Positions 1 to 11,850 of a stretch of 64,000 nucleotides of DNA are shown here, piece after piece. The DNA lies in contig CAWBCJ010000029.1 of the NCBI GenBank assembly GCA_963787255.1, positions 192,001 through 256,000 of the forward strand. The letters run 5' to 3'. The stretch's first letter is position 1. Every line of letters starts with the position of its first letter. This DNA comes from Methanobacteriota archaeon (GTDB taxonomy: Archaea > Methanobacteriota > Methanobacteria > Methanobacteriales > Methanobacteriaceae). The notes under the pieces were generated by a model. That model saw only the letters and a list, made by a program, of their open reading frames with translations. It had not been told where the DNA came from and made no database searches. The translations under genes and the position numbers were made by a program.

Positions 1-428
1 ATGGGTCTGATGCTAATATACCAGTAGCTACAGCTAAGAAGTATGCTACAAATAGAGCACCTACAAGGTTGAAAACCCAACTTCCTACCCAATTTCTGAT
101 AAGTCCAAACCAACTTGCTTTTCCCTTGGAGTATTCCAAACGGCATGTACATGTTGTTACCTGTAAACAGTTCTGAACCGGCTATTACGACCAGCATCAA
201 TCCGACAGGGAACACTGCACCAAAGAGTAATTTTACTATTCCTGGAGGAGCACCAGCTGCTGCAAGACCTCCGGTTACAACTTCAGCTAAAAGACCTCCA
301 AACGCAATATATGCACCCGCTAAAAAGCTTAAAATTAATAAATTACTTAACGGGGATTTTTCTTTTAATGCTGCTATACCAACACAAGCCTTGGCTGTGT
401 CTGCAGGTGATTTAAAAGATGATGCCAT
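1..428 (-). CDS. fdhC: Formate/nitrite transporter FdhC, 5' part (runs off the left edge)
   Basis: Not in the ORF track. Minus strand from ATG at 428 reads [45 protein letters not shown]...[20 protein letters not shown] (FNT signature); GGAGG RBS upstream. Confidence 0.93.
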   Translation of the reverse strand, partial: MASSFKSPADTAKACVGIAALKEKSPLSNLLILSFLAGAYIAFGGLLAEVVTGGLAAAGAPPGIVKLLFGAVFPVGLMLVVIAGSELFTGNNMYMPFGILQGKSKLVWTYQKLGRKLGFQPCRCSICSILLSCSYWYISIRP

Positions 429-458
429 AACATTCGACCTCCTATTGTTTATCTTTAT

Positions 459-710
459 GGCCATGAATACTCATGAAACTATCTTTTTAAGATGATTCAT
501 GAATGTTCACGGAATTGTGGTCTCCCTTTATAGCAATTCTAAATCCATCATTATTTTTTATAAAAGATTTAGACAACGATATAAAGATATTCATGGAATT
601 GTGGTCTCCATTTATGTTGATTCAAAACCTATCATTATTTTTTATAAAAGATTTTGAATCATTCATGAATTATCATGAATATTCATAATAGAGTGATTAT
701 ATTCACGCAA
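459..710. promoter_or_regulatory. fdhC upstream region: phased TCATGA-type palindromes plus an 84-bp-period direct duplication
   Basis: 10-mers near ATTCATGAAT at 459, 469, 495, 505, 589, 661, 671, 681, 701; GGAATTGTGGTCTCC at 511 and 595; ATCATTATTTTTTATAAAAGATTT at 547 and 631. Confidence 0.6.
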
Positions 711-917
711 TATAAAGATATTGAAAAAAGTTAAACCGAAAGATTTATATCTGACACGCATCTCCTTGCTTGTCGATTAGAGGTTTTTACAATTTATTTA
801 AAAGAAAATATGCCCTTTAAATGTTTTTAAATAAATTTAGACATATACTACTTTTAAAAAAATTAAAATAAGAATATTAAGGAAATTAATTGATTTTAAT
901 AATTCAAATAGAGAATC

Positions 918-1167
918 TTACTTTTTTTTCCCTTTAATTTGTTCTTCTATTTGCTTTTGGATTTCTGCATCAATTTTTCCTTTAATTTGTTCTTCTACTT
1001 CTTTTTGGATTTCAGCTTCAACCTTTCCTCTTATTTGTTCTTGTATCTCCTTTTGAATTTCAGGATCATCTTCGCTTTATTATTTGTTCCTGTATTTCTT
1101 TTTGAATTTCAGCTTCAACTTTTCCTCTTATTTGCTCTTCTATTACTCTTTCCAATTCTTTTGACAT
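918..1167 (-). CDS. Small 16-aa tandem-repeat coiled-coil protein (~82 aa) with one +1 frameshift near 1077
   Basis: ATG at 1167 with GGGG RBS; [81 protein letters not shown]; span 250 nt = 83 codons + 1. Confidence 0.75.
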
Positions 1168-1732
1168 ATTATAAAACCCCTATTCTTTGTATTAGAATCT
1201 ATTTACATATTTATAAATCTTTTTATTTATTCTTTTTTAAAATAAATAATAGTGTTTTTTAGGAATTGAAGGAAAGTTTAAGTATGTTCTTTAAACTAAA
1301 AATTAATTTAAACCATATTCAAATAAAGTCTTAAAATATTAAAAATAGAACTAGTAATTTAAACCACTTTTCTGGGATTTTATGATAATAGCTTCCATTA
1401 ATTATGCTTTTAAAGATGAAATAACCTGTGATAACCCTCCTCTAATCTAAATAGAGATCATGTTTTTAATTTAATGTAATTATGTTATCCTCCTATTTTA
1501 TGTAACAAACATGATTTTTTTTTATGAATACTCAGTAAGTTTTATAAGTCCTTACTGTATAACCCATAACATTCAAATAATATAATTATATTATTATTCC
1601 CCTAATGAGAGATCAAACTCCCTTTAAGCATAAGTATAGAGATAAGCTTTAATCAGTGAAAATACCTATTTAAAGGCATCATAAGGGTAAAAAAATGTTA
1701 ATTAACTTAATAATAACAAAATAGGTGATATA

Positions 1733-2128
1733 TTGGTATCTACAATTCCCTGTCCGCGATGTAAAACTAACAATAGCAAAAAGGCTCAAATCTGTTATAA
1801 GTGTAACGCCACTTTAAAAAAACGTAAAAACCCAAGCATATTGAGTACTAATCCACAATCTAAAATTGAATTAAAAATAATTGGAGTTGGAATTACAATA
1901 TTTGTAGCAACTAATATACTACTATTAAATATTGCATCTGATTATGCAATTATGATTTCCGGATTTTCAACATTGCTTTACTTGTATTTAGCGTTTAAAA
2001 ATTCTCCAATGCCTCAAAATTCCAAAAAAGACGTAAGAAGCAAGGGGATTAAAGTAATACTCAACTATCTGATTATAGTATTCTTGGGCATTGTAACTGT
2101 TATATGCACTTGGCTATATCTAAGTTAA
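1733..2128 (+). CDS. Zinc-ribbon domain membrane protein
   Basis: N-terminal CPRC...CYKC, then three hydrophobic segments; AGGTGAT RBS. Confidence 0.75.
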   Translation: MVSTIPCPRCKTNNSKKAQICYKCNATLKKRKNPSILSTNPQSKIELKIIGVGITIFVATNILLLNIASDYAIMISGFSTLLYLYLAFKNSPMPQNSKKDVRSKGIKVILNYLIIVFLGIVTVICTWLYLS

Positions 2129-2294
2129 AAAAAATATTTTTTAAGAAACAATTAATCTGTCCAAAAATTATTTTTTAGCTTTAATGAATTTATTAAAATC
2201 TGGAAAAATTAATAATGAGATATGTTGGCCACTAATTTCATTTTGGAAATTATAATTATGACCATTTTACATGTAATTTTTAAATTTTTTGTAC

Positions 2295-3335
2295 TTATTC
2301 CTTCAATAATTCATCCAAATCAAATGATAAATCATCCGCAATTTCTTTAAGCTGCACATAAAGAACATCGTCTACTGGGATACCATTTTGCTTGGCATTT
2401 TTAACATTCATAACTTCCATGTCTCCAGGGATAAAAATATTTTCTCCAGAATCCTTAATTTCTACAACGAAATCATCCACTTCTTCTTTAAAATCTTCTA
2501 TATCCACAAATTTTGAAGGGTCTATTACCATTATGAGATCGCCCTTGGTGCAAATTTCCTCAGGATTAGCCGTTCCTGTTACTGCTTTACCATATGCAGC
2601 CTTAACCAGCGGGCCTGCAAGTATTTCAATCATGAATGCCAATGCATAACCTTTATGTGCTCCAAATGGTAAAATTGAGCCTTTAAGTGCTGCTTCAGGG
2701 TCTATTGTTGGATTTCCTTCTTCATCAAGTGCTACATTTTCTGGGATTTTCTGGCCTTTACGTATCGCTTCAAGAAGTTTACCCCTTGCAGAAGCAGATG
2801 TTGCCATGTCCACGGAGACATAATTTTTATTGGAAGGAATACCAATTGCTATTGGGTTTGTTCCAAGTATAGGTTCTTTTCCACCGATTGGGGCTACTGC
2901 AGGCTCTGTATTTGCAATTACAATTCCTATCATGTCTTTCATAATTGCCATGTCTGAATAGTATCCTGCCACTCCAAAATGGTTTGAATCATGTACTCCT
3001 ACAATTGCTATTCCAGTTTCCTTTGCTTTTTGGATTGCAATTTCCATTGCTTTATAGGCAACAACATGTCCAAATATGTGATTACCATTTATAAGTGCCA
3101 TGGCTGGAGTTTCTTTTTCTATTTCTATATCTGCATCTGTAACTATTGTTCCGGCTTTAAGTCCCTTTACATATTGAGGGAATCTTCCCAGTCCATGTGA
3201 TGTAAAGCCCTTTAAATTCGCGTCTAAAGTCACATCTGCAACGATTTCAGCATGTTCCATTGAAACGTTCATCCTCTGTAAAATCTCAATGATAATCTCT
3301 TTTTCCTGTTCTGCTGTTATATTCATTTTCGTCAC
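2295..3335 (-). CDS. comC: L-sulfolactate dehydrogenase (Ldh_2/ComC family, coenzyme M biosynthesis)
   Basis: [44 protein letters not shown] motifs; next to purM as in Methanobacteriales. Confidence 0.88.
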   Translation of the reverse strand: MTKMNITAEQEKEIIIEILQRMNVSMEHAEIVADVTLDANLKGFTSHGLGRFPQYVKGLKAGTIVTDADIEIEKETPAMALINGNHIFGHVVAYKAMEIAIQKAKETGIAIVGVHDSNHFGVAGYYSDMAIMKDMIGIVIANTEPAVAPIGGKEPILGTNPIAIGIPSNKNYVSVDMATSASARGKLLEAIRKGQKIPENVALDEEGNPTIDPEAALKGSILPFGAHKGYALAFMIEILAGPLVKAAYGKAVTGTANPEEICTKGDLIMVIDPSKFVDIEDFKEEVDDFVVEIKDSGENIFIPGDMEVMNVKNAKQNGIPVDDVLYVQLKEIADDLSFDLDELLKE

Positions 3336-4373
3336 CTATAAATTAATAATACTTCCATCAAATGCTTTAACTCTAATTTTTTCTTCAGAATCTGCTTTAG
3401 CATGCCCTATTTTAAATGCTTTGTGACTTTTAATACTGGCAATGGTTTTCTGGGCATCTTCTTCCTTTACAATAACCACAAATCCAATATTCATATTAAA
3501 TACCCTGTACATTTCTTCTAAAGGCACGTTTGAGGCATGTATTGATTTGAATATAGGATATGGTTCCGGTAAATTATCAATATCATATCCAATACCTTTT
3601 TTAAGCCTTTTGAGGTTTAAGACTCCGCCTCCAGTTATATGGGCAAGGCCATGAATTTCAATATCTAAGTTAAGTAATTCAACAATTGTTTTGACGTAAA
3701 TTGCTGTTGGTCTTAAAAGTTCCTTGCCAACAGTTGTATTGGGATCATCAGGAAGTGGATCATCAACTTTTAAACCTAATTTATCAAAAAATACCTTTCT
3801 TGCAAGACTTAACCCATTGCTATGGATTCCATTACTTTCTATTCCTATTAAAACATCGCCGTCGCTGATTTTTTCTCCAGTTATTACTTTGTCTATGTCT
3901 ACAATTCCAATTCCAGTACCTGCAAGGTCAAAATCCTTGACAATTTCTGGAAGTGATGCTGTTTCTCCCCCAATCATTGCTATTTTAGATATTTCAGCCC
4001 CTTTAGCAAGTCCTTTTCCTATTTGGGATGCAATTTCGGGATCTGCCTTTTCAACGGCCAGATAGTCCACCATTGCTATTGGTTCTGCGCCAACACAGAG
4101 AATATCATTTACAACCATTGCAATACAGTCTATTCCAACAGTATCGTATTTATTCATCATTTTTGCAACTAATATTTTACTTCCCACGCCGTCTGTACTC
4201 ATGGCAATTGCTTTATTTCCTAATTTTACAAGAGCTGCAAAGTGACCGCTTTCTGTCATTACGTCTCTAAATGAAAGCGTTTTTTTAATTTCTGAAACCA
4301 GAGCAGAGACTGTTGCCTCCTCCAGATTAATATCAACACCTGATTCTGAATATGTTACCATGTAATTCACCAA
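3336..4373 (-). CDS. purM: Phosphoribosylformylglycinamidine cyclo-ligase (AIR synthetase)
   Basis: [42 protein letters not shown]; likely start at MVTY. Confidence 0.96.
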   Translation of the reverse strand: MVNYMVTYSESGVDINLEEATVSALVSEIKKTLSFRDVMTESGHFAALVKLGNKAIAMSTDGVGSKILVAKMMNKYDTVGIDCIAMVVNDILCVGAEPIAMVDYLAVEKADPEIASQIGKGLAKGAEISKIAMIGGETASLPEIVKDFDLAGTGIGIVDIDKVITGEKISDGDVLIGIESNGIHSNGLSLARKVFFDKLGLKVDDPLPDDPNTTVGKELLRPTAIYVKTIVELLNLDIEIHGLAHITGGGVLNLKRLKKGIGYDIDNLPEPYPIFKSIHASNVPLEEMYRVFNMNIGFVVIVKEEDAQKTIASIKSHKAFKIGHAKADSEEKIRVKAFDGSIINL

Positions 4374-4693
4374 AATATATTTTTAAAAATTTTAAAATAA
4401 AGGTAATTATAACTGTTATTTGATTTGCACTAATAAAAACTTTTTAGATCTTAAAGGTAAAAATGATTGATTTTTGATCATTATTATAATTGATTAAATT
4501 TCAGCTCAAATTAGTAAAATACAACTTTTTTTAATATATTTATTTTGCCGATTCTTTTAATTTTTAATCTGTTTTTGCTTTAAATGAGTTTAAAGAGTAA
4601 ATATAAATTATTAGCATAACTCTTTTATAATTATAAAACTAATTAAAAAGTAAATATGTATTTCGAATTGTTTTTAATCACATCTTTCATAAT

Positions 4694-5626
4694 TTATCCC
4701 GTAATTTCCAGTGATTCATCTAAATGAGAATTAGAAAGTGGTTTTAAAAGCTTTTTCTGATTAGAATTGTTTAATAAAGCTTTCAATACATCAGTTAAAG
4801 CATTAACTCCGATTTGTTGGATATTACGGTCGTCATCGTCTAGTAAAGCAATTAGTCTTCTCAAATGTCCCTTTTCTCTAAAAGTTTGGGTATAAAAACT
4901 TGCTAATTTTTGTAATGAGTCTTCTTTGCTGAATTCTAATTTTGAAACCTGGTAATATGAAATCATTTCATGTTCAATTAAGTTTTCGTAATGAACATTT
5001 TCAATTTCTTCGAAATAAGGAATCATTCTATCTATTTTCCGGTTAAAAACACGAAATATGCGTAATACGCTATTAATTGAGTTATTAGGGTAAAATATCT
5101 CGTTTTTATTTCTAATTTTTGATATATCTTTTGAAAGAATTTTAGGAGATGATGGGGGGATTAATGAAAATTTAATTTTATCTATTTTAGGCCTTAATTC
5201 AGCTAATATTTTAAAAATTATTTCAAATATCTTTAATTTATGAACTTCTAAAGCAATTAAATCTAATGAATATTGTGCAGACGTATTACTATCTTCATTT
5301 TTATTATAAGAGCTGTTTTTTAATTCTTTGATGATGATTTCTTGAATGTATTCATCATCTAATAGAAAATATATTTTTCCTAAAGCAGTAGCCTTTATAT
5401 CTTCGTTTTTATGTGATATAAGTGTCAGGATGATTTCTAAACCAAGTTTTAATTCTTCGTTTTGAGCACATTCTTTTGAAGTTTTAAATATTTTTTCTAA
5501 TTCTTCAAGATTTTTAAAATCATCTTTTGGTAAATATTTTTTTTGTAATAACTTTTTTGCACCATACGAATGTTTTGAAACTTTATTTACGATTATAATT
5601 TTTTCTATAATTGATTTCAGCCCCAT
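4694..5626 (-). CDS. Hypothetical protein, weakly HEAT-repeat-like
   Basis: 310-aa ORF with GGGG RBS; LISHKNEDIKATALGKI and LLDDDDRNIQQIGVNAL resemble HEAT units. Confidence 0.6.
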   Translation of the reverse strand: MGLKSIIEKIIIVNKVSKHSYGAKKLLQKKYLPKDDFKNLEELEKIFKTSKECAQNEELKLGLEIILTLISHKNEDIKATALGKIYFLLDDEYIQEIIIKELKNSSYNKNEDSNTSAQYSLDLIALEVHKLKIFEIIFKILAELRPKIDKIKFSLIPPSSPKILSKDISKIRNKNEIFYPNNSINSVLRIFRVFNRKIDRMIPYFEEIENVHYENLIEHEMISYYQVSKLEFSKEDSLQKLASFYTQTFREKGHLRRLIALLDDDDRNIQQIGVNALTDVLKALLNNSNQKKLLKPLSNSHLDESLEITG

Positions 5627-5838
5627 ATTACTTCCCCATTTAAAATTTATTTGAGTAAGTTCTCCAAGATTAACTAAGTATTATTATATACATATAAATT
5701 ATTAAATATTATGTATCAGTAATAGATTAAGCTGAATTCAAAAAATAAAAAAATTATAAAAACATAAATATCTCTAATCATGTTTTTATTAATACATTAA
5801 AATAATTTTAGTTCTTTAAAAAAAGTTAAAAGAGAGAA

Positions 5839-7756
<1,918 letters not shown>

Positions 7757-7855
7757 AAAAATAGAAAATAATTGTAAACTTAGTTTACAGTTTTAAATAA
7801 ATTATAATAATAAATAAATCACGTTAATTTAATTTGGGGGTCAAAAAAAGTTAAT

Positions 7856-8479
7856 TTATTTTCTTAATCTAGGTATTACATCTTCTTCAGGCAGCATTTT
7901 AAATCCTTCTTTAGTTACTACTGCAACCATAACGCCATTACCTGAAAATGCGTCTCTTTCCATTGCAGACTGTATTGCCCTAACTGCAACATCTATTCCT
8001 TCTTCAACATCCATATCTTCGTGATATCTGTCTTCAAGGACACCATAAGCAACTGGTGAACCTGATCCAGTTGAAATCATTTTATCTCCAATTACTCCAC
8101 CGGTAGGGTCTAATGAGAATAATGCAGGTCCATTATCATCAACACCTCCAAGTAAAGTTTGAACGTAGAATGGATAAAACCTTGATGAATGTAATATGTT
8201 TGCTGTTAATGTTGCTGCGGATTCAACACTTATTCTTGCGCCGTTTCTTAATCTGTAAAGTGCAACTTCCGCGCTTATATATTTCATGAGACTTTGGGCG
8301 TCGCCTACTCCTCCGGCAATTGTAGCCCCAATATGATCATCAATTTTAAAAATCTTATCAGTAGCCTTATGAGCTATTAAATTACCCATGGTGGCTCTTC
8401 TTTCTGTAGCAAAAACAACTCCGTCTTTAAATTTTAATCCAACAGTTGTAGTGCCTTTTAATCTGTTTTCATCATTCAT
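7856..8479 (-). CDS. psmB: Proteasome beta subunit
   Basis: Short propeptide then KG/TTTVG, GSGS, RDAFSG. Confidence 0.96.
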   Translation of the reverse strand: MNDENRLKGTTTVGLKFKDGVVFATERRATMGNLIAHKATDKIFKIDDHIGATIAGGVGDAQSLMKYISAEVALYRLRNGARISVESAATLTANILHSSRFYPFYVQTLLGGVDDNGPALFSLDPTGGVIGDKMISTGSGSPVAYGVLEDRYHEDMDVEEGIDVAVRAIQSAMERDAFSGNGVMVAVVTKEGFKMLPEEDVIPRLRK

Positions 8480-8956
8480 GAATACACCTCAAAAAAATAT
8501 GAAATTTAAATAAAAATAGTTTCCTATCCCTAATATTGGAGTTCATATTATATAAAGATTACTTGTTTTACTTTATTCGAATTTTAAGTTTTAAAACCCT
8601 ATTTCCAGTTTATTCACCAAAATAACTAATTTTTTTGGCTATATCCTTTTAATTTATCCATTTATAGCGTATAAATAGAAATTAATGGATGTGTTAAGAA
8701 CTTTAAATAAAAATTTAGTTATATTTTAATATTTTTAAATAGTTTTTAATGCTTTATGTTGATTATTTTATAGTTTTAAAGGAAATTAGAACAAAATAAT
8801 ACTTATTTATTGTATTATTCTAATTCTATTTATATTAGTTATGATTTTTAAAGTTTTTGTTTACTTATAATAAATTAGCCGAATTAAATGTACATAGTTT
8901 AAATTTTAATTAAAAAAAATAAAAAGGGAAAATCCTCAAAAATGAAGTGTTTAGGG

Positions 8957-9051
8957 CTCCGAAAATCAAAGCTTATAAAAAAACTTCGTTTTTTGTGCAT
9001 GAGAAATTCTGTTTTTTTGCCCCGAAAACAAGTTTTCGGGAGATTTTCGAG
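8957..9051. repeat. Nested palindromic (REP-like) intergenic element
   Basis: Outer CTCCGAAAATC / GATTTTCGAG; inner hairpins AAAAAAC-TTC-GTTTTTT and CCCGAAAAC-AA-GTTTTCGGG. Confidence 0.55.
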
Positions 9052-9241
9052 TGAAGAATTTTATTTTTTGGCACTGTTAAATTAAGTAAAAAAAATTATG
9101 CATTTAAAATGGTAAAATAAGAATAAATTTACTATTCATTCTCCTACTTCATTTTGGTTTGAACTTTATTTAATAAAAATGAAATATTTTTCACAAAATT
9201 CATGAAAATATTTAAAAACACAAATCACATATCAATATTAC

Positions 9242-9967
9242 ATGAAAGGCAAAGTCATCGGTGATATCCTCGTTTTAAAAAATGAACCTGCAAATTTACA
9301 GGAGCTTCTTAAATTACCGGAGGTAGAGCGCATAGTCAAATTAGGGAGGATAAATGGACCTAAAAGAGAACCAGATGTTGAAATACTGGTTGGGGATAAT
9401 ACAGAGACTATCCACCGGGAAAATCACTGTTTTTTCAAATTAGACGTGGCCAAGGTGATGTGGTCTAAAGGAAACACCACAGAGCGTAAAAGAATTGGAA
9501 ACATCGTAAAAGACGGGGAAACCGTGGTGGACATGTTCGCTGGAATTGGATATTTCTCCATCCCTATTGCAGTCCATTCCCAGCCTGAAAAGATTTATTC
9601 GATAGAAATAAATCCGGTGTCTTACGGCTATTTAGAGGAAAATATAGTCATTAACAAGGCAGAAAACATGATAGAGCCAATATTCGGAGACTGTAGAGAA
9701 GTAGCCCCTAAAGGAATTGCGGATAGAGTTCTAATGGGCTATATTGGAAATACTCATGAATTTTTAGATTCAGCAATGGAAATAGTAAGACCTGGTGGAA
9801 TTATTCACTATCACGAATCTGTTCCTGACCTTTTAAAGTTTGAAAGGCCTCCACAAAGGATTATTGATGCTGCAGATGGTCGTGAAGTAGAGATATTGAA
9901 AAAAAGGATCATTAAAAAATATTCTCCTGGTGTTTATCACGTTGTAGTTGATGCAAAAATAAATTAA
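9242..9967 (+). CDS. taw2: Met10/Trm5-TYW2 family SAM transferase, probably tRNA wyosine aminocarboxypropyltransferase Taw2
   Basis: ETIHRENHC.FKLD..KVMWSKGN..ER, VVDMFAGIGYFS, ADRVLMGY, IHYHE, KKYSPGVYHVVVD. Confidence 0.75.
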   Translation: MKGKVIGDILVLKNEPANLQELLKLPEVERIVKLGRINGPKREPDVEILVGDNTETIHRENHCFFKLDVAKVMWSKGNTTERKRIGNIVKDGETVVDMFAGIGYFSIPIAVHSQPEKIYSIEINPVSYGYLEENIVINKAENMIEPIFGDCREVAPKGIADRVLMGYIGNTHEFLDSAMEIVRPGGIIHYHESVPDLLKFERPPQRIIDAADGREVEILKKRIIKKYSPGVYHVVVDAKIN

Positions 9968-9997
9968 CTCCAAGAAGAATAAATAATTAAAAGAGGA

Positions 9998-10528
9998 TTG
10001 GTTTTTATGGAATTGTTTGAAGCAATAATGAATAGAAGAAGTATTCGTAAATTTAAGGAAGAAATTCCTGAAGATAAATTAATTGAAAAAATCGTCGAAG
10101 CAGGTATTTGGGCTCCTTCAGCAGGAGATTTACAAAGTTGGGATACTGTATTAGTTAAAGATTATCAGATAAAGGTTAAAATAGCTTTAGCTGCATATGT
10201 GCAGGAATTTATTGCCAAAGCACCGGTTTTAATTGTAATGTGTGCCAACAGAGCAAATGCAGGTGCCAGGTACGGTGAAAGGGGTCGGGAGCTTTACTGC
10301 ATACAGGATGCTTCTTGTGCAGCTTTGAACATGATGCTTGCAGCTTATGGCCTAGGATTAGGTTCTGCATGGGTTGGAGCATTTAAAGAAGAAGAAGTGA
10401 GGGACTTACTCAATTTACCGGCACATATAAGGCCGGTAGCACTAATTCCTATCGGATATCCTGATGAAGAGCCAGAAGCGCCTCTAAGAAGAAACGTTAA
10501 AGACGTGATTCACAAGGAAAAATACTAA
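9998..10528 (+). CDS. Nitroreductase family protein
   Basis: RRSIRKF, WAPSAG, LGSAWVGAF, IGYPDE. Confidence 0.9.
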   Translation: MVFMELFEAIMNRRSIRKFKEEIPEDKLIEKIVEAGIWAPSAGDLQSWDTVLVKDYQIKVKIALAAYVQEFIAKAPVLIVMCANRANAGARYGERGRELYCIQDASCAALNMMLAAYGLGLGSAWVGAFKEEEVRDLLNLPAHIRPVALIPIGYPDEEPEAPLRRNVKDVIHKEKY

Positions 10529-10546
10529 TTCTTTCATTTTTTTTCA

Positions 10547-11137
10547 TTGAATAGAAAAGACATGAATATTGATTCTAAAATAATGGGGATTGATCTGGCT
10601 GGAAAGCCTGAAAATCCTACAGGAATTTGTTTTTTAAGCAAAAATAATCTTTATTTTAGCACTGTTTTTAGTGATGAAGAACTATTGGATTGTATTAACA
10701 CGAATAATCCTTCTCTGATTGTTATTGATGCTCCACTTTCTCTTCCAAAGGGTAGATGTTGTTTAAGTAATAAATGCAGCTGCAGTGAAATTGGAGGGCA
10801 TTTCAGAGCGGCTGAAGTGGAAATGAGGAAATATGGACGTACATTGCCATTAACATTTCGGGGGATGAGGATGCTTACCGAACGAGGTATTAATCTTGCA
10901 GATAAGTTAAGGGCTGATTATGAAGTTATAGAATCTCATCCAAGGACTATACAGAAAGTTTTAGGTCTTGAAAATCCTGAAGACATTGCAAAATATTTTG
11001 AAATATCTTTAAATGTGAGTAAACATGAGTTAGATGCAGCATTACTTGTATTAAACGGTGTTTTTTATATTAAGGGTCATTTCATGGAATTTGGTTATAA
11101 AAAAGAAGGCATAATAATACTTCCCGAACTGCAATAA
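10547..11137 (+). CDS. DUF429 family (RNase H-like fold) protein
   Basis: GIDLAG...TG, IDAPLSLP, IESHP, HELDA. Confidence 0.8.
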   Translation: MNRKDMNIDSKIMGIDLAGKPENPTGICFLSKNNLYFSTVFSDEELLDCINTNNPSLIVIDAPLSLPKGRCCLSNKCSCSEIGGHFRAAEVEMRKYGRTLPLTFRGMRMLTERGINLADKLRADYEVIESHPRTIQKVLGLENPEDIAKYFEISLNVSKHELDAALLVLNGVFYIKGHFMEFGYKKEGIIILPELQ

Positions 11138-11284
11138 ACCCCTATTTTTTTTGGAATTAACTTATTTTTCAACTCTTTAAAAGTTTTTTTAAAGATCAAA
11201 ATAATTTCTTGAATAACACCTATTTGAAAATAAGTAATATTTTTATTCAATGATGATCATAAAAAAGTAAGGAGACAATTTTTT

Positions 11285-11581
11285 ATGACGAAAAGAGAAT
11301 CTGTAATTAAAGCAACATACGAAATTTTAAAACATTACAGATATTCAGGTATAACAACTTTTATTTTCAGAAGCAAACTTCGAGAACGGCTTCAAGAATA
11401 CAACGATGAAATTATTCGCGATCTTGAAGAAATACTCATTGAATATGAATGGGTATTAAAAGACAACAAAAACAAGCTTTTAATCCCTACGAAAAAACTA
11501 ATATCAACGGCAGAATACAAATTAACACACTTAGAAGTTAATAATACCTTAAAAATTCAAACCAGAAACTTGAATATTTAA
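11285..11581 (+). CDS. Hypothetical protein
   Basis: 98-aa ORF with GGAGA RBS. Confidence 0.55.
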   Translation: MTKRESVIKATYEILKHYRYSGITTFIFRSKLRERLQEYNDEIIRDLEEILIEYEWVLKDNKNKLLIPTKKLISTAEYKLTHLEVNNTLKIQTRNLNI

Positions 11582-11611
11582 AAATAATAAAAAAAGATAA
11601 ATGGTGATAAT

Positions 11612-11815
11612 ATGACTGGAATTTCTCCTGAAACAGTTTATAATTTTTTAAAAGGCATGAATTATCCTGCAGGGAAAAGTGAACTCATTCAACAAGCTAA
11701 AAAGAACAATGCAGATACAAACGTGATCAAAGCTATGGAATCACTTCCAGAAAAGGAATATAAATCTCAAGACGATGTTATTACAACTGGATCTAAAATA
11801 TCACACGGCCAGTGA
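11612..11815 (+). CDS. DUF2795 family small protein
   Basis: FLKGMNYPAGKSELIQQAKKN...LPEKEY.S..DV. Confidence 0.85.
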   Translation: MTGISPETVYNFLKGMNYPAGKSELIQQAKKNNADTNVIKAMESLPEKEYKSQDDVITTGSKISHGQ

Positions 11816-11850
11816 AAAAAACCTAAAATTTATTTTTTGCAAATAATATC

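Noticed and set aside
115-495. 126-aa + strand ORF
   Set aside because: Antisense shadow of fdhC
503-688. 61-aa + strand ORF with internal repeat, or a mini-CRISPR
   Set aside because: By-product of the 84-bp duplication; only two imperfect copies, no repeat-spacer structure, no cas genes
939-1262. Phe/Leu-rich 107-aa 'membrane protein'
   Set aside because: Reverse complement of the E/K/Q-rich repeat gene at 918-1167
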